A stretch of 64,000 nt of DNA from Octopus vulgaris (Eukaryota). The notes under the pieces were generated by a model. That model saw only the letters and a program-made list of their open reading frames with translations. It searched no databases and was not told the origin of the DNA. A program made the translations under genes and the position numbers. Positions 40,891 to 53,601 of the stretch are shown one piece after another. Within the stretch, counting starts at the first letter, position 1. Every line of letters starts with the position of its first letter. The DNA is taken from the NCBI GenBank assembly GCA_951406725.2, contig OX597822.1, forward strand, positions 108,872,001 through 108,936,000, read 5' to 3'.

Positions 40891-41422
40891 TATACGCACA
40901 AACTCACGCACTCACACACCACATGCACTTACTGATGCAAATACAGACATATATAAGTATCTGCTCTTGATGTCATTTTTATGAATTTAGAAAAAGACGC
41001 CTGGCTCATCAAAGGGAAGTTGTACTTGAAGACAAATTGGTACAAATATTCTTGAGACTCCTTCTATCACACCTATTCAATACACACACATCCACACACA
41101 CACATGTATATAAAGTATAATGGTAACAGTTGCAAAGTGTTTGATCATATGTGTTCACAGTGGGAGCAAGTTTCTATGTAAAGACGAAAATAAATATATT
41201 ATTAATATTCTTATGTATTTTTTTGTTCCAAATCCAAACAGTATGTTCCAAAATACTGTTTTTTCCTACCCAAATATTCACTGCTTTCCTTACTGCCTCC
41301 CTCTCTCTCATTCTGTGCATCAGTCTATCGCACTTATCTCAATTCTACTCGTCTTCTCTCTCTCTCTCTCGCTCACTCTTTCGCTGACTTTTATATTCGT
41401 GTTTTATATATATATAAAATAT

Positions 41423-41462
<40 letters not shown>

Positions 41463-42225
41463 ATATTACATATATACATATGTATATACGTATGTATTTA
41501 TTTCCGGCACTACCTCAATTAGGCTATTTCTCTATGCAACGCATATAGTAACTACAAATGTCCTCATTTCATTCGCAATTTGTTCAATCGACCAAGACCT
41601 ATTTAACGATTCTAATTCCAGACTACGATTCAGTGATATCATGCAGGGAGATTAACGATAGTTGTTGGCCATGCACATCTCACGACTGAAAAATATGTGA
41701 GTGTGTGTTTGTGTGTGTATGTGCGCCTTTGTATTTGTTACTGTGTGTGTGCCTGTGTGTGTGCCTGTGTGTGTGTGCATGAATATTACACATGCTAATC
41801 AATGAATGCGAATGATAAGTACAATAATGTATGTAGAGTGCATATTGCAACATGGTGAGGCCACAAGAATTAAGAAATGAGACTGCATTATATTTAAGAG
41901 TTCTTTTATGTTATTATGGATGTTTCTGTTTTGCAATAGCATCCGACCCACTTAAATTTTCGGAGTGAAATTTACTAGAGGGAAAGACTGTAGAAACCCT
42001 TCGAATTGATAACATCTGTAAATCTCTGCAAGGTGTTTGTTACGATTCAACTTTAGAACATCTCCTGGTGGACACACATGTGTGTGCATGGGTGTGTGTT
42101 TCTCTTTTGTTTAAGTTAAGTATTTATGGTATATAGTGTATATATATATATGTATATTTCATTTCCCCTTTGAAATACATAATGACACTGGTACGAATAT
42201 TTGATTGTTGTTCACATCACTAGAC

Positions 42226-42363
42226 TAGCCATATTTCCTAAGATGTGGAGCTGATAGCAATCCCTTGAGTTAATGAGGGCGCTGTTTTATTTGTTCTGTC
42301 TTATTCGTTTCTTTATTTTGTGCTAAATTATTCCACTCATGATACCATCTTACACCTCCCAGT
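42226..42363 (+). repeat. Dispersed 138-bp duplication, copy 2
   Basis: See 36597-36734. Confidence 0.9.
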
Positions 42364-42370
42364 CTTCCGT

Positions 42371-42410
<40 letters not shown>

Positions 42411-43225
42411 CCCCACCCATACATACACACACACTCACACACTAGGCCAACTTTGCCTTTCGTCATATCAAGATCGATAAAATAATTACCAGTTGAGTAC
42501 AGGCCACGATGTAAGCAACCTATCCACTCTCCAAAATACTGTCCTTGTGTCAAAATTAAGCGAACACGTGCTTAATGAATGTGGGGCAAATCTAAATTTT
42601 TAGTACCGCGAAGGTGTGGATTTCTAGAGCAATGTCCATAAATATTCTTTTTTCGCATTGATTTTCAAAGACTTCGTCATAGTCGCTGAGGAGAAAATAT
42701 CAATATCAGTGCAAATTTTGTCCTTTCACACAACTCATACTTCTTATAATTACGGTTGTGGGTTGATGTTAGTGTGGCCGGATGTAATCCACCAATCGTT
42801 CTAGTATTCAAACATTCAAATATTTGCATTTACTAGGCATCTGATATTTCTCTGCATCTTTCAAATGACAGATAGCATTGAGTAATTTATATATGTATGT
42901 GTATATGTATATATGTGTGTATGTATGTGTGAGTGTATGTATGCAGGTATTCCTAAACCTATTTTGTATGTACGATTCATATATGTGTGTAAATATATAT
43001 ATATATGTATCTATGAATGAGATAAGGGAGGGAGTTTGCATTCCTGGGTACTTACACCCATACTCACACAGGGGGGCGCACGCATAAACACATACACGTG
43101 CACACATACGCACACACTCCACAAACATGCACGCAATTACGCACACAATATATTTTTATGAATTCCAGGGCGTATCTCTGTATTTTATACGATATACGTC
43201 TTTACATTCTTTAATATATTCCATA

Positions 43226-44250
43226 GAAGGTACATTTTGTCGTGTATTACTCGAAATGTGGAGTAGATAAACAGCCGACAACTGATGAAGGGTCGTTCTT
43301 TATGTTACTTGTCTTGCTTTCCATTTGTTTTCCTCGTCGCTCACATAAAAATGCTTGTCTTCATATTTGATGTTTTTCGTATTTCGGATTTCATATTTTC
43401 GTATTTCCTGTTGTTTACGTTTTGTGAATCCTGTGCCCATATATGCATATATATACACATTTATATGTCAGTATGTAGATGTATGTATATATGCCGATAT
43501 TTTATTTATATTAATATATGACTGAACGTTACGCATCCATTTCGAAGTAAGTTTATCTTAATAATTTTGATGCGACCCTCTTCGGTACAGTTTCTTCTCT
43601 CTCACTCGCCCTTTTCGTTTCCTCTCTTTTCCTTTCACTAATTCTTTGTTTCTCCCTCGACTTTCGCTTTTTACCCATCTCATCCTTTCGTTACTTTCTC
43701 TAATTCCTTTTTACTCAACTTTGCCGTTTTCTATATGTCCTGCTCTCTCTCCCTCTCTCTCACCCTCTTCCTCCTTTACTCTCTTGTTGCTCACACGTAA
43801 CCATCGTCCAGTTTTCTTTTCTTTCGTTCTGTTGCCCAGACCAGATGCATTCTTGTCTGCCTTCTCTCCTATCATTTTTCGTGTCAAAGAATGTTTCTCA
43901 ACGTTCGCCACCTTACCTCGTCTGGCTTAGCAGCCCTCACTATTTGGTTCACTGTTCTGTTTTTGTTACCAACTTTCACCCTCCGCATATCGCAAATTTT
44001 ATTTTTGTCTGCAGGAGCAACTCTTTTCTCGAAGGCGCATATTGTCGTGAATTGCTCGAAATGTGGAGTAGATAATCAGCCAGCGACTGATGCAGAGTCA
44101 TTCTTTATGCTACTTTCTTGTTTTCTATTTGTTTCTCATATCGTTCGCATAAAAAGACATTTGTATTCGTATTTCGTGTTGTTTTTCGTATTTCGGATTT
44201 CCTGTTGTTTACGTTTTGTAAAGCCCTTTACACACATATTCATATATATA
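43226..44250 (+). mobile_element. Element with direct repeats of about 225 bp (43226-43455, 44031-44250) around a CT-rich spacer; probable Penelope-like pseudo-LTR tandem
   Basis: Both repeats contain TTGTCGTG...CTCGAAATGTGGAGTAGATAA...ACTGATG and TTTTTCGTATTTCGGATTTC; same family as 13690-14385(-). Confidence 0.55.
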
Positions 44251-44329
44251 TAGATGGGGTTTTTACTGCCCCAATTCCTGATGGAGTTTTTTTCTGTAGA
44301 GAAAAAGGCTACATCCCTTTTAATAGTAG

Positions 44330-44377
<48 letters not shown>

Positions 44378-44686
44378 GGTCCCGGGTTAACCACAGTAAA
44401 TAAGGTACTCAATACTCTCTCTCTCTCTTTCTCTCTCTCTATATATATATATGCACATACATATATGTATGTATATATGCCTATATATATTTCAGCCCCG
44501 TTTACCGAATCCAACCTCAAAAAGACATGAAAATTATAGTTTCGAAATCATGTGACTTTTATGCATGGTGAAAAGAGAATAATCTTTATAGACAATATGC
44601 CTATGAAGACATGTACATGAATGTGAGTGATCATAGCTAGTAAGAGAGAGAGAGAGAGAGAGTTTGCATTATGATCATTATTATTA

Positions 44687-44747
<61 letters not shown>

Positions 44748-44759
44748 CAACATCATTGA

Positions 44760-45325
44760 TTAACAGAGCAGTGCATCAGGGCATTTTGTTATTATTAGTA
44801 TGACTACTGAGTCATAGAGCAGTGCATGCCATCGAAGAGACACTGTCGTAAAATATACGTAGCCAGTATTCCCACTATGACTACACGTCTGATAAAAGTA
44901 CACCAGGCACATGCATGGTAAACATTTATGCGCAACATGGTTATCTTATATCAAGATAAACAATACATGACCCTGCAGTTGGGGCCCAGTTAGAATTTTC
45001 TTTCGGTTGTATAGCTCAACCTGCTGAAAAGTTCCATCAATAAGGTTCGTTTAAGGATGATGAACGAAACACCCATGTTTCCAGTGGTGAATTATTCTAA
45101 TCAACCTCCGGAGTCATGACTATCATGCTCCCCTACTATTTCTGCTCATTATCATAGATGCACATATCGTTAGCCACTAAGGGACATGCTCAGTTGGTTA
45201 AGGTCAAGCAACTGACAAGCAATTATGTGGTGTTGGGCAGAATATTTGCTGTAGCCCATCTTTGATATCAAGACAAGACAATGTACATGGTAACACTTCC
45301 ACTCAGTTAAGATGAGAAACCATGT
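44760..45325. mobile_element. Unclassified interspersed repeat between trinucleotide tracts; possibly the UTR of a (TAA)n-targeting LINE
   Basis: Flanked by (ATT)n and (CAT/CGT)n; AGAGCAGTGCAT occurs at 44766 and 44816. I recall similar sequence as a common octopus repeat; unverified. Confidence 0.35.
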
Positions 45326-46934
45326 CGTAGTCGTCATCGTCATCGTCATCATCGTCATCATCATCATCGTCATCGTCATCGTCATCATCATCATCATTAT
45401 CACCATTGTTATTATTATTATTATTGACGTTCTTATTATCATTATTATTATCTTTTCGTACAAGAATTTGTTTATTCATCATTATTTTATTTTTTCAAGC
45501 AATATTAGAAAAACTGAAGAATGTCTTTGAAAATTCCGGAGACTATTGAAATTTTCGCCCACTCAGCGTATGTATACTTGAACAAATAGACGCAGGTATA
45601 TCTGAATAAATGCATTCTATACTGGTTTATCGGGAGAGAATAGGTTGCATGCGTGCATATATCACCATGTAAGTGCACGTATATTTTCATATATATATAT
45701 ATGGTGGGGGGAGACGAAAAAGCAAGGGAAGATGAAAAAAATAGCACTCGAATACCAAAGGCAGAGTTATATGCTTTTTTTATGAAAGCTGTAAAAACAT
45801 CACATAAACAGTCTTTTCTGATGCGTTTGCAAATTAAATAAAGAAGTAATTATATATATATATATATAATACACAGACACACACACATTATGTGAAGTGT
45901 CAAGCGTGCCTGCAAGAACCTATGTAGTAGAATTACAAATTTCAGAACAGGCTGTATGTTGCGTGCAAGAAATGTCAGAAGCTGCTTCGGTTTTTAAAAA
46001 AACTGTCTGATTAATTAGGGCAACAGTCAGCCTCAGGAAGCAATTTATCCAATTACCTCCAGCGATGCCAAAGATAACAAATATAGAATCAAAACTAAAC
46101 TAAAAAAAAAATAACGTAATGAATAATATTCTTTAGTTCGCTGTTAACTCTTTACTGATTAGCGGAACTTTTATCTCGTGTATGGCAGTTTGAATGGCAT
46201 GTGAATATAGCGATAAAAGTAAAGAAAATATATTGAAAAAAGCGTCTACACACATCTCAAAGAAGACTATCGCTGTGTTATATGAAGTTAAGGAAATGTG
46301 ATTTACACACTACAGGAGAAATAAAGCGGCAATTGAAACCTGAAGCCGTGCTGCTGATCGCTGCTTGATGATGGTGTCATGCATTGTTTTGTTTGTTTTT
46401 GTTGTTTCTTTTGTCTGTTTTTGCATATAAATGTGTGAATGTGGGAACTGTACTTGATTAAATCGAGTGAAGTACTTCACTGACTGGTTTATCGACCTCG
46501 GAGAGGATTAAATGGAAAGTTCACCAGAGCGGGATTCGAATTCAGAACGTAAATGGTTGCAGTTAAAAACTACCAGTTGTTCTTTCAATTCTTGCATCTA
46601 AAATATGGTTGCTATTTCTGTTGCTATAATGCAGCAGAAATAGCCGTCATATATTGCGAAAAATCACTAATTATCTACTTAAAACTGGGAACGAATCTAT
46701 ACTATACCATAGTCCATAATATATTTTTAAAAAATACCTGTGGTCACAACTGGAAGACTGTTGCATGTAGGTGCATGCCATTGGAATGTTCATTAGAGCT
46801 AAGGACTGCTAGTAAACATAATTGAATCTTATAATAAAATATGAACAAAGTAAAGTGTGAGTAGTAGTTATAGCTGAAAATACATTTTAAACTTTGAAAA
46901 CACGAAGGAAATAATTTAAAAGATATTAGCAAAA

Positions 46935-47376
46935 TATAAACATATATTTGGAAGATCCTGGAAGGACTTGTCCCAAACTTTGGCATCGAGAGTCACACAA
47001 ATGCCAGAACCGGGCGCCACTGCGTAGTACCAAGGACTCCAAATTTGCCATCAAGATGTAGGACAAGATATTGTGATAGCCTGGGCTTCAGAGGCCCACA
47101 TCTCTTCAATATCCTCCCAAAGAACCTGAGGGACCTGCATGGTGTAGATGCGGATGTCTTTAAAGTAGGACTAGACCTCTTCCTGTCAGGTGTCCTGGAT
47201 GAACCAACTTCACGGCAGGAGGTGCAGATGAGGGCAGCTGCATCGAACTCTCTCATGCATCAGATGGCGTTTGCTAAAAAGCATCCGTGAGGTAAAATCG
47301 TGTAGCAAACCAAATGGCGGTGCCCCAGCATGGCCACAGCTCATTAGCTGAAACTGGAAAAATCAAAATCAAAATC
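46935..47376 (+). mobile_element. CR1-group LINE 3' fragment (ORF2 C-terminus, 3' tail, (AAAATC)n)
   Basis: YIWKILEGLVPNFGIESHTNARTGRHC...SLGFRGPHLFNILPKNLR...FKVGLDLFL...RAAASNSL*; tail GGCGGTGCCCCAGCATGGCCACAGCTCATTAGCTGAAAC. Confidence 0.85.
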
Positions 47377-49639
47377 ATAGCTATCGTTTAGAATAATATA
47401 ATGAAAAAAGTTACGGCAAATATAAAAGCAGCATAGAATTATGTGTCAAGGAGAATCCTAAAGGAGAAAAATAACAGTAAAACTGAAAATTAATAAGCAA
47501 GGACAAGAATTACAGAATAATTATTTCTATTCTAGTCGCAAGATTTTTAACATTTGGTTGGTGGGATGGTCAGTTACATCGACCCCAGTGCGTAAGTGTT
47601 AAGTATTTCATCGACCCCGAAATGATGAAACGAAGAGTCGATCTCACCGGAATTTGAACTCAAAGATAACAGAATAATGACCACAAGGGAATCATCTACA
47701 TTTAGTAAGTGAACATGGACCTAATAATAGTCTATGCGTCAGAGTAGTCCATAATTAAACGTAAGTATTGTTGATTGTGGCAACGGATGAGTCCTGCGCA
47801 CATGAAGCTACCAAAACTATATACGATCTGAATGTAGAGAAGTAAGTGCGGAACAATTAAATACGCTGTAAATGTGTTCACATATAAAGACCCAATCGTC
47901 ACCTGCAAGCGTAAATGACTTGGTAAAGTGAACTATACTTCCCATAATTTTTTTAAGGCCTTATGTACTCTCGAATATTCTCTGACCTTTGACCAAGCAG
48001 TTCATTAAAAAAAAGATCACAGATGAACGGAGAGCAAGCTGCATTAGCATTAGCATTAGCATCTCAGCTGAATAGACTTAAGCAACGTGAAATCAAGCGC
48101 TTTACTCAAGGACACAACTCACCCCAGTGTCAAGGAACTGAACCCAAGACATTACGATTATGATCCTAACATACTATGCGATTTTACTGCCTTCGCAATA
48201 TTTATTAGTGTGTCTATGAGAATAACGGAATTGAAACTTTTACACGTTAGCAATTACGCTAACATTATGAAGTACTAATAAAACGGTCGAATTAAGATAC
48301 AGCAGGAATTGTCTCAACGAATGAGTGATTGATTAAACAAGGGAGTTACGAATTCAATCAGTGAGAGTGTTCCGAAATTCCTTATCGAATATTCATTGTT
48401 AAGGAGCATAAATAAATGAATCTTCTTCCTATCCTAAATGATTTAATGCAATAATTATAGGAGGCGGTTTTCCCATTAATAGAAAAGTAACGCTTAGGGA
48501 ATAGCCATTTTCCTTTGTAACTATTACATGCATTATTTCATTTAGTCTTATATTCCTTGCTTGTACATGTTGTCATAAAAACAGCATGCATGTTTCTGCT
48601 TTTATTAATGATTCCATGTAATTCTTTTAAAATTTGTTCTTGGCGTGTTTAAGCTGTTTTCTGATAGATTTTTTTTTATCATTTAACTGTTTCTTCCATT
48701 ATGGCCTGCTATCTTCAGCCTCTTTGCACTTATTAGAATAACATGAACGTCGAGAAAAAGATTTTGATGTAACAATAGACTAATACTTAAGATTAAATGT
48801 GCGACAAAGGAAATAAAAACATGTCAGGTATCAGTAGCCGATGTCCAATAATATGTTATAGTTAGAATATTTTGAACTCGACACGAATTATATTAGTCTG
48901 GCTAGAGAAGGAAGGCAAAGATGACGTTTGCAATAAGTTACAGAAAATGTGACATGGAAATATATTTACAGCAAGTAAAGAGAAGTAGGCGTCATATTTA
49001 TATACAACACTATTAGGACATATCCCCCGTGCAAATACAGAAATAACTCGTAATAAATTATAACATACTATCACAATACTCGAAAAAAAAAAACGTGATT
49101 GTGAAGTGCAAGAAGCGAAGGTGAGAAGAGAGAAAGAGAGAGATACAGAAAGAGAGAGAAAGTGAGAGAGAGAAGGTGAGAGAGAACAGAATATTCAATA
49201 TCGTAGCGGATAAAAACACTCCTATCTGAAAAGTAAAATGTGTAAATGACTGTAACTGCATAATATATTGAGAATTAATTAACCATTAGACTCCGGCTGT
49301 CAAGTTTATCACGGCATCATATACACATAAGAGAGTAACGGAGGCTGGAACTTACATACACTGGACACTCTGACAGCCTTGTTAAAGGCCGTCAGAAATG
49401 AGGTGGCGGTATATAATCATACATTAGAAAATGATTCTGCGAAATGAGGAAGTGGCTACACTTTGAGATGTGGTAATATATACAGGGATAATCGACATGA
49501 TATTGTTGTCAAGGACTGTAGGAAATAAAACACCTCCTAATTGACGTTTCAGTCCAAAAAGAGATGCTTATGTGAATAAGAATTCGGAAATAGATACGTC
49601 AGTAATATGGCAGCCTTGCAAAGACAAACAATGCCTATC

Positions 49640-49684
<45 letters not shown>

Positions 49685-49861
49685 ATTCATACATATATAT
49701 ATGACTAAATATCCCGGACTAAGTGAGCACAAAGAGAAGAAAGGAAATATTAAGACCATTACTTGGGAGAATAGAGTTTCTTCAATAGAATAGAAGCCAC
49801 ATAAACTAGCACAAATGACGGTGTATGCATAGAATTTTACTATGACAATAATTTCTTCTAC

Positions 49862-49902
<41 letters not shown>

Positions 49903-50194
49903 TACTACTACAACTAATTCTACTACTACTACTGCTGCTGTTATTGTTACAGGTAATGGTGATTATGATGGTGATGATAATGATGAGGGGAACGAGGAGA
50001 TGGAGGAGGGTGCTGGAGGAGGAGGAGGAGGATTCCAGTACAGATGCAAGGCAAGAAATATGGATGGTGGAGCTATAGCGATGAACTCGACCCCAATGGA
50101 CACCTTGTACTTATTTTATCTAACCACGAATGTCGACATCGGCGGAATTTGAAATCAGAAGGTAAAGCAGTACGAAATGGCTCTAAGCATTCCC

Positions 50195-50666
50195 CATCCC
50201 CGCACACTAACAGAAAAGTACGCGTTCCAGTTTGGTCAGACGTGAACTGGGGCAAGGCACGACGGTCAGGTGATAATATATGACGGAGATGTTATGTGCA
50301 TTCGCCACCTCTGCCCGAGTTTTCATGAATAGCTTTCTCTCGGCCCACTTCTTGGCGACATTGTCCTTTCTGCTCGTCATCTCGTCCCAGTTCTTCTCCA
50401 CCAAACAAAACCCGAGTAATTTAAACGCTTCCTCCTTCTAGCCTCCCACGGTGTTCTTGGACCGCATGGACCAGCTTCTCCAGGTGCGGATCTGCAGTCC
50501 CACTTACTTTTTTTGGTTAAAGTTTGCACCTTTCATCGCCCTGTTTTCTTTTAGAGCAGTGCCGACTAAGTCTATACTACCTCTTCGAGACCATAACGGG
50601 GACGTCATCTGCATTTGCTGACATGTTTCTCCCACATCTTAGTTCATGTGGGATGCCTCTCAACGG
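50195..50666 (-). mobile_element. L1/Tx1-clade ORF2 reverse transcriptase fragment
   Basis: LRGIP...SANADDVPVMVS (YADD motif), GANFNQKK*VGLQ, KLLG..EKNWDEMTSR..WAERKLFMKTRAEVAN..VIYYHLTVVPCP..KLERVLF. Confidence 0.8.
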
Positions 50667-51533
50667 CTTAAACCTTTCGCAAGCATTATTAATCATCGTG
50701 GTATATGTTACAAAATCGTCGGACTCATTTTTCTTTAAATTTAAAGACTCCCACCGAATGTTAAATAGCGAAATTATTTCGCTAAAAATATTAGTCAAAA
50801 TATCTATTGTTTCATTAAAACAATTCCGTGGGCTTTCTCGGCAAAATAAAGTTACAAAATCTTTCGTGTTCCGGAGAGGCAAGCTTTCGCAAAAGTAGCT
50901 TTATCTTCCTTTCACTAGACCATCCCTTGCATTCCTCTCTGAATGTCTTCGTATCGTCTGTAATACGCAATAAAGGTGTTTCCTTCATCCGGTTTGTAGT
51001 GAAATTCTTCGATGGAATTTGCTACACCGCATGCTGAAAACTTTTCTGTCCTATTTCTCGAATTCAGTAACAATTCTGTTAACTCCTGTATTTGTTGCTG
51101 TTGAGCGAACGGTCTTCTCCCCAGAGCTCGCAAGATGGGAGAAGTCATAAATGTAGTCGTTTGCTATTTGTAAGACCCGTAGAAGAGAAAACAGGTCAAC
51201 CCCTGACATCGAGAGCATCGACGGATGGATAAATGCACATCCAGGCTCAGCATTTGCGTAAGAAGTCGGGGACAAGAAACAAGAAGAAATGATGAGAGAA
51301 AGTTGGGGCGTAAGAGTACAACAGGGGTCGCCACTACCCCCTACTGGAGCCTCGTGGAGCTTTAGGTGTTTCGCTCAATAAACACACGCAACGCCCGGCC
51401 TGGGAATCGAAACCGCGAGTCCGCTGCCCTAACCACTGGGCCATTGCGCCTCCACACTCTGTGCTGCTCTTGTTGCTTTACAACTGTTTTCAGTAACACT
51501 TCCATTTCGGTACTATTCAAAACCTCGTCGCCA
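50667..51533 (-). mobile_element. Ty3/Gypsy LTR retrotransposon: PBS and gag relic, interrupted by a SINE
   Basis: PBS TGGCGACGAGG (51533-51523) right after the LTR end ...TGACA. ATG at 51505; IEEFHYKPDEGNTFIAYYRRYEDI, SLFNIRWESLNLKKNESDDFVTY...INNACERFK. Confidence 0.8.
51105..51454 (-). mobile_element. SINE family B head with a fourth type of 3' body, inserted in gag
   Basis: Head matches family B; body 51105-51275 has no match to the other copies. Confidence 0.75.
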
Positions 51534-52191
51534 CTGTCATATCGCAAGTTCAGACGCAGTACCTTCACCGATGACGTGCCTTCGCTCCACTACCGACTAT
51601 TCAACTAGTGAACTCTTAACTTCCGAACTCTCGACCTCCGAACCTCGTATCTTTTTTATTCATCACTTACGCCGTAACAGAGAGGGGTCATCACAAGGAC
51701 ATACAGAACACCATAGTGGCAAATAAACATGAAAGGAATAAAAAATGGAAAAATGTACAATGAAATAGATGGTGATGAAATGGTTGCATGCCCCCCACTC
51801 ACATGTAGTATCATTTGAACCTTCTTACTTTCAATTTGTAGTATTTTTCTTTTTTCCTTATTTTTTCACTATCCACACCATTTTTTTACGCCTTTTGCTT
51901 CATTTTTTTAAACCATTTTACTTTGACTTTTTTAAATATCAGATGTAAGGATCTAGTTCCTGTAGTTCTACCATTGGTGGCAGTTAATCGAACTCCACCA
52001 CGAACCCCGGCTGCTCAACATTACACTTTTCCTTCAAGTTTATATGGATTTTTCTTTATCGATTAGGATAGCTTTGGTGTGTTCACCGTACATCAAGCAA
52101 TAAGGGTTAAGGCAACTCAACCTTATCAGTCTTTCGCTACATATGCTTTTAGCATATGTCACGAAATTCCAGCTATATTTTGTTCGTTTTG

Positions 52192-52672
52192 TAATAATGA
52201 AATTTTTGCATACAGTGCTCAGGTGCACCACAACTTGTCAGAAAGTGCATATAAAGTACATGCAGTAATGTAGAAATGTCTGGAAAGTGAACATGCTTGT
52301 GTGTGTATGGAGGGGAGAAAATCAAGTGTAGTGTTGGCGAATCTCAGGAAGCATGGAAGTCTTGAAGGATGCAGTGCTCCGACAACTAACAACCGATGCC
52401 GGCAGTTTGTTCCATGCTTCAGCAACTCTCAGCGTGAAGAAATGTTTCCTGAAGTCATGGGAGCTGTGCTGTTTTCTTACTTTGTAAATATGTCCACGGA
52501 CGTCAGATGGGTGGAGTTTGAAGAGGTGCTCAGAGTTATTGTTTGTGCGATGGTTGATAATTGTATGGGTGTCTGCCAAGTCAGCTGCCAGACGTCGGAG
52601 TTTCAATGTGTCCATGCCCAGGGGAGTAAGGCGTTCAGGATATGGCAAATGCCTGATGGAGGGTATTCTTTT
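52192..52672 (-). mobile_element. CR1-group LINE 3' fragment nested in the ORF1-only element
   Basis: KRIPSIRHLPYPERL..LKLRRLAADL..RGHIYKVRKQ..RKHFFTLRVAEAWNKLP..FK, then 3' UTR ending CATTATTA. Confidence 0.85.
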
Positions 52673-53138
52673 GGAGGGTTTTCTTGCTTGTTTGTCATGT
52701 TCCACTCTTGGCGCCACGTCCTCCATTCTGGTTAGTGTCGCCGTTTCTTCTCTTTGCTGTCCAAATGTGTTCTCTATTATGCTTGCTTCTATCTCCTCCC
52801 CCTCTTCTTCTCAACCTCCTTTTCTACCTCTTTCTAGACCTTTTTTCAAAAACCTTTCTTTTCAACCACTTTTACGACTTCCTTCTCCACCTCTTTTTCT
52901 GCTTTTTACTTTTTCTGTTTCTCCGGTGGATAGCCCAGTCTTTCTTCCCTTTTTCCCCACCTCAAATTCCTTCTCTATTCCTGTTGTCTCCTTCTCATCT
53001 TCCTGGACCACATCATTCATTTTCTCTTGTTCTTCAGCCTGTCCCATTTGTTGCTCTTTCTTTTCTCTCTTGGGGCACCTCGCCTTTATGTGGACTTTCT
53101 GACCACACAAATAACATAGGAGGCTGCAGTAACCAGCC

Positions 53139-53601
53139 AGAGTCCAGAAGCTGGCTACCCGCATGGTTCATGGTCTCAAAAATCTGTCCTATGAAGAAAG
53201 GCTGGGGACGCTCGACCTTTATTCTCTTGAAAAACGCCGCCGCCGTGGTGATCTCATTCTCGCCCACAACATCATAAGCGGAAAGTGTAACCTCTCGAAA
53301 GAGCTGTTCTTCACTCCTGCTCCAGAGCGTCGGCTGCGGGGTCATTCCGAAAAGCTCTACCTGCGACGATTTCATCTCAATCGAAGGAGAGGAGCTTTCT
53401 CCGTCCGGGTTGCGGATCCGTGAAACAAGCTGCCAGACGAGATGGTAAAGATGCCGACGACCGCTTTGTTCAAAGCCTCCCTGGACCTCAAGTGGCCTGA
53501 ACTCTTTACATGAACACCACCCTGTACTTAACTCCATGTCCCCCTACATGGCCTTGCTATTTGCTTTTGAGCCAAATTAACTAACTAACTAACTAACTAA
53601 C
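53139..53601 (+). mobile_element. CR1-group LINE 3' fragment with (TAAC)n tail, nested in the ORF1-only element
   Basis: RVQKLATRMVHGLKNLSYEERL..LYSLEKRRRRGDLI..LRGHSEKL..FSVRVADP*NKLP. Confidence 0.9.
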
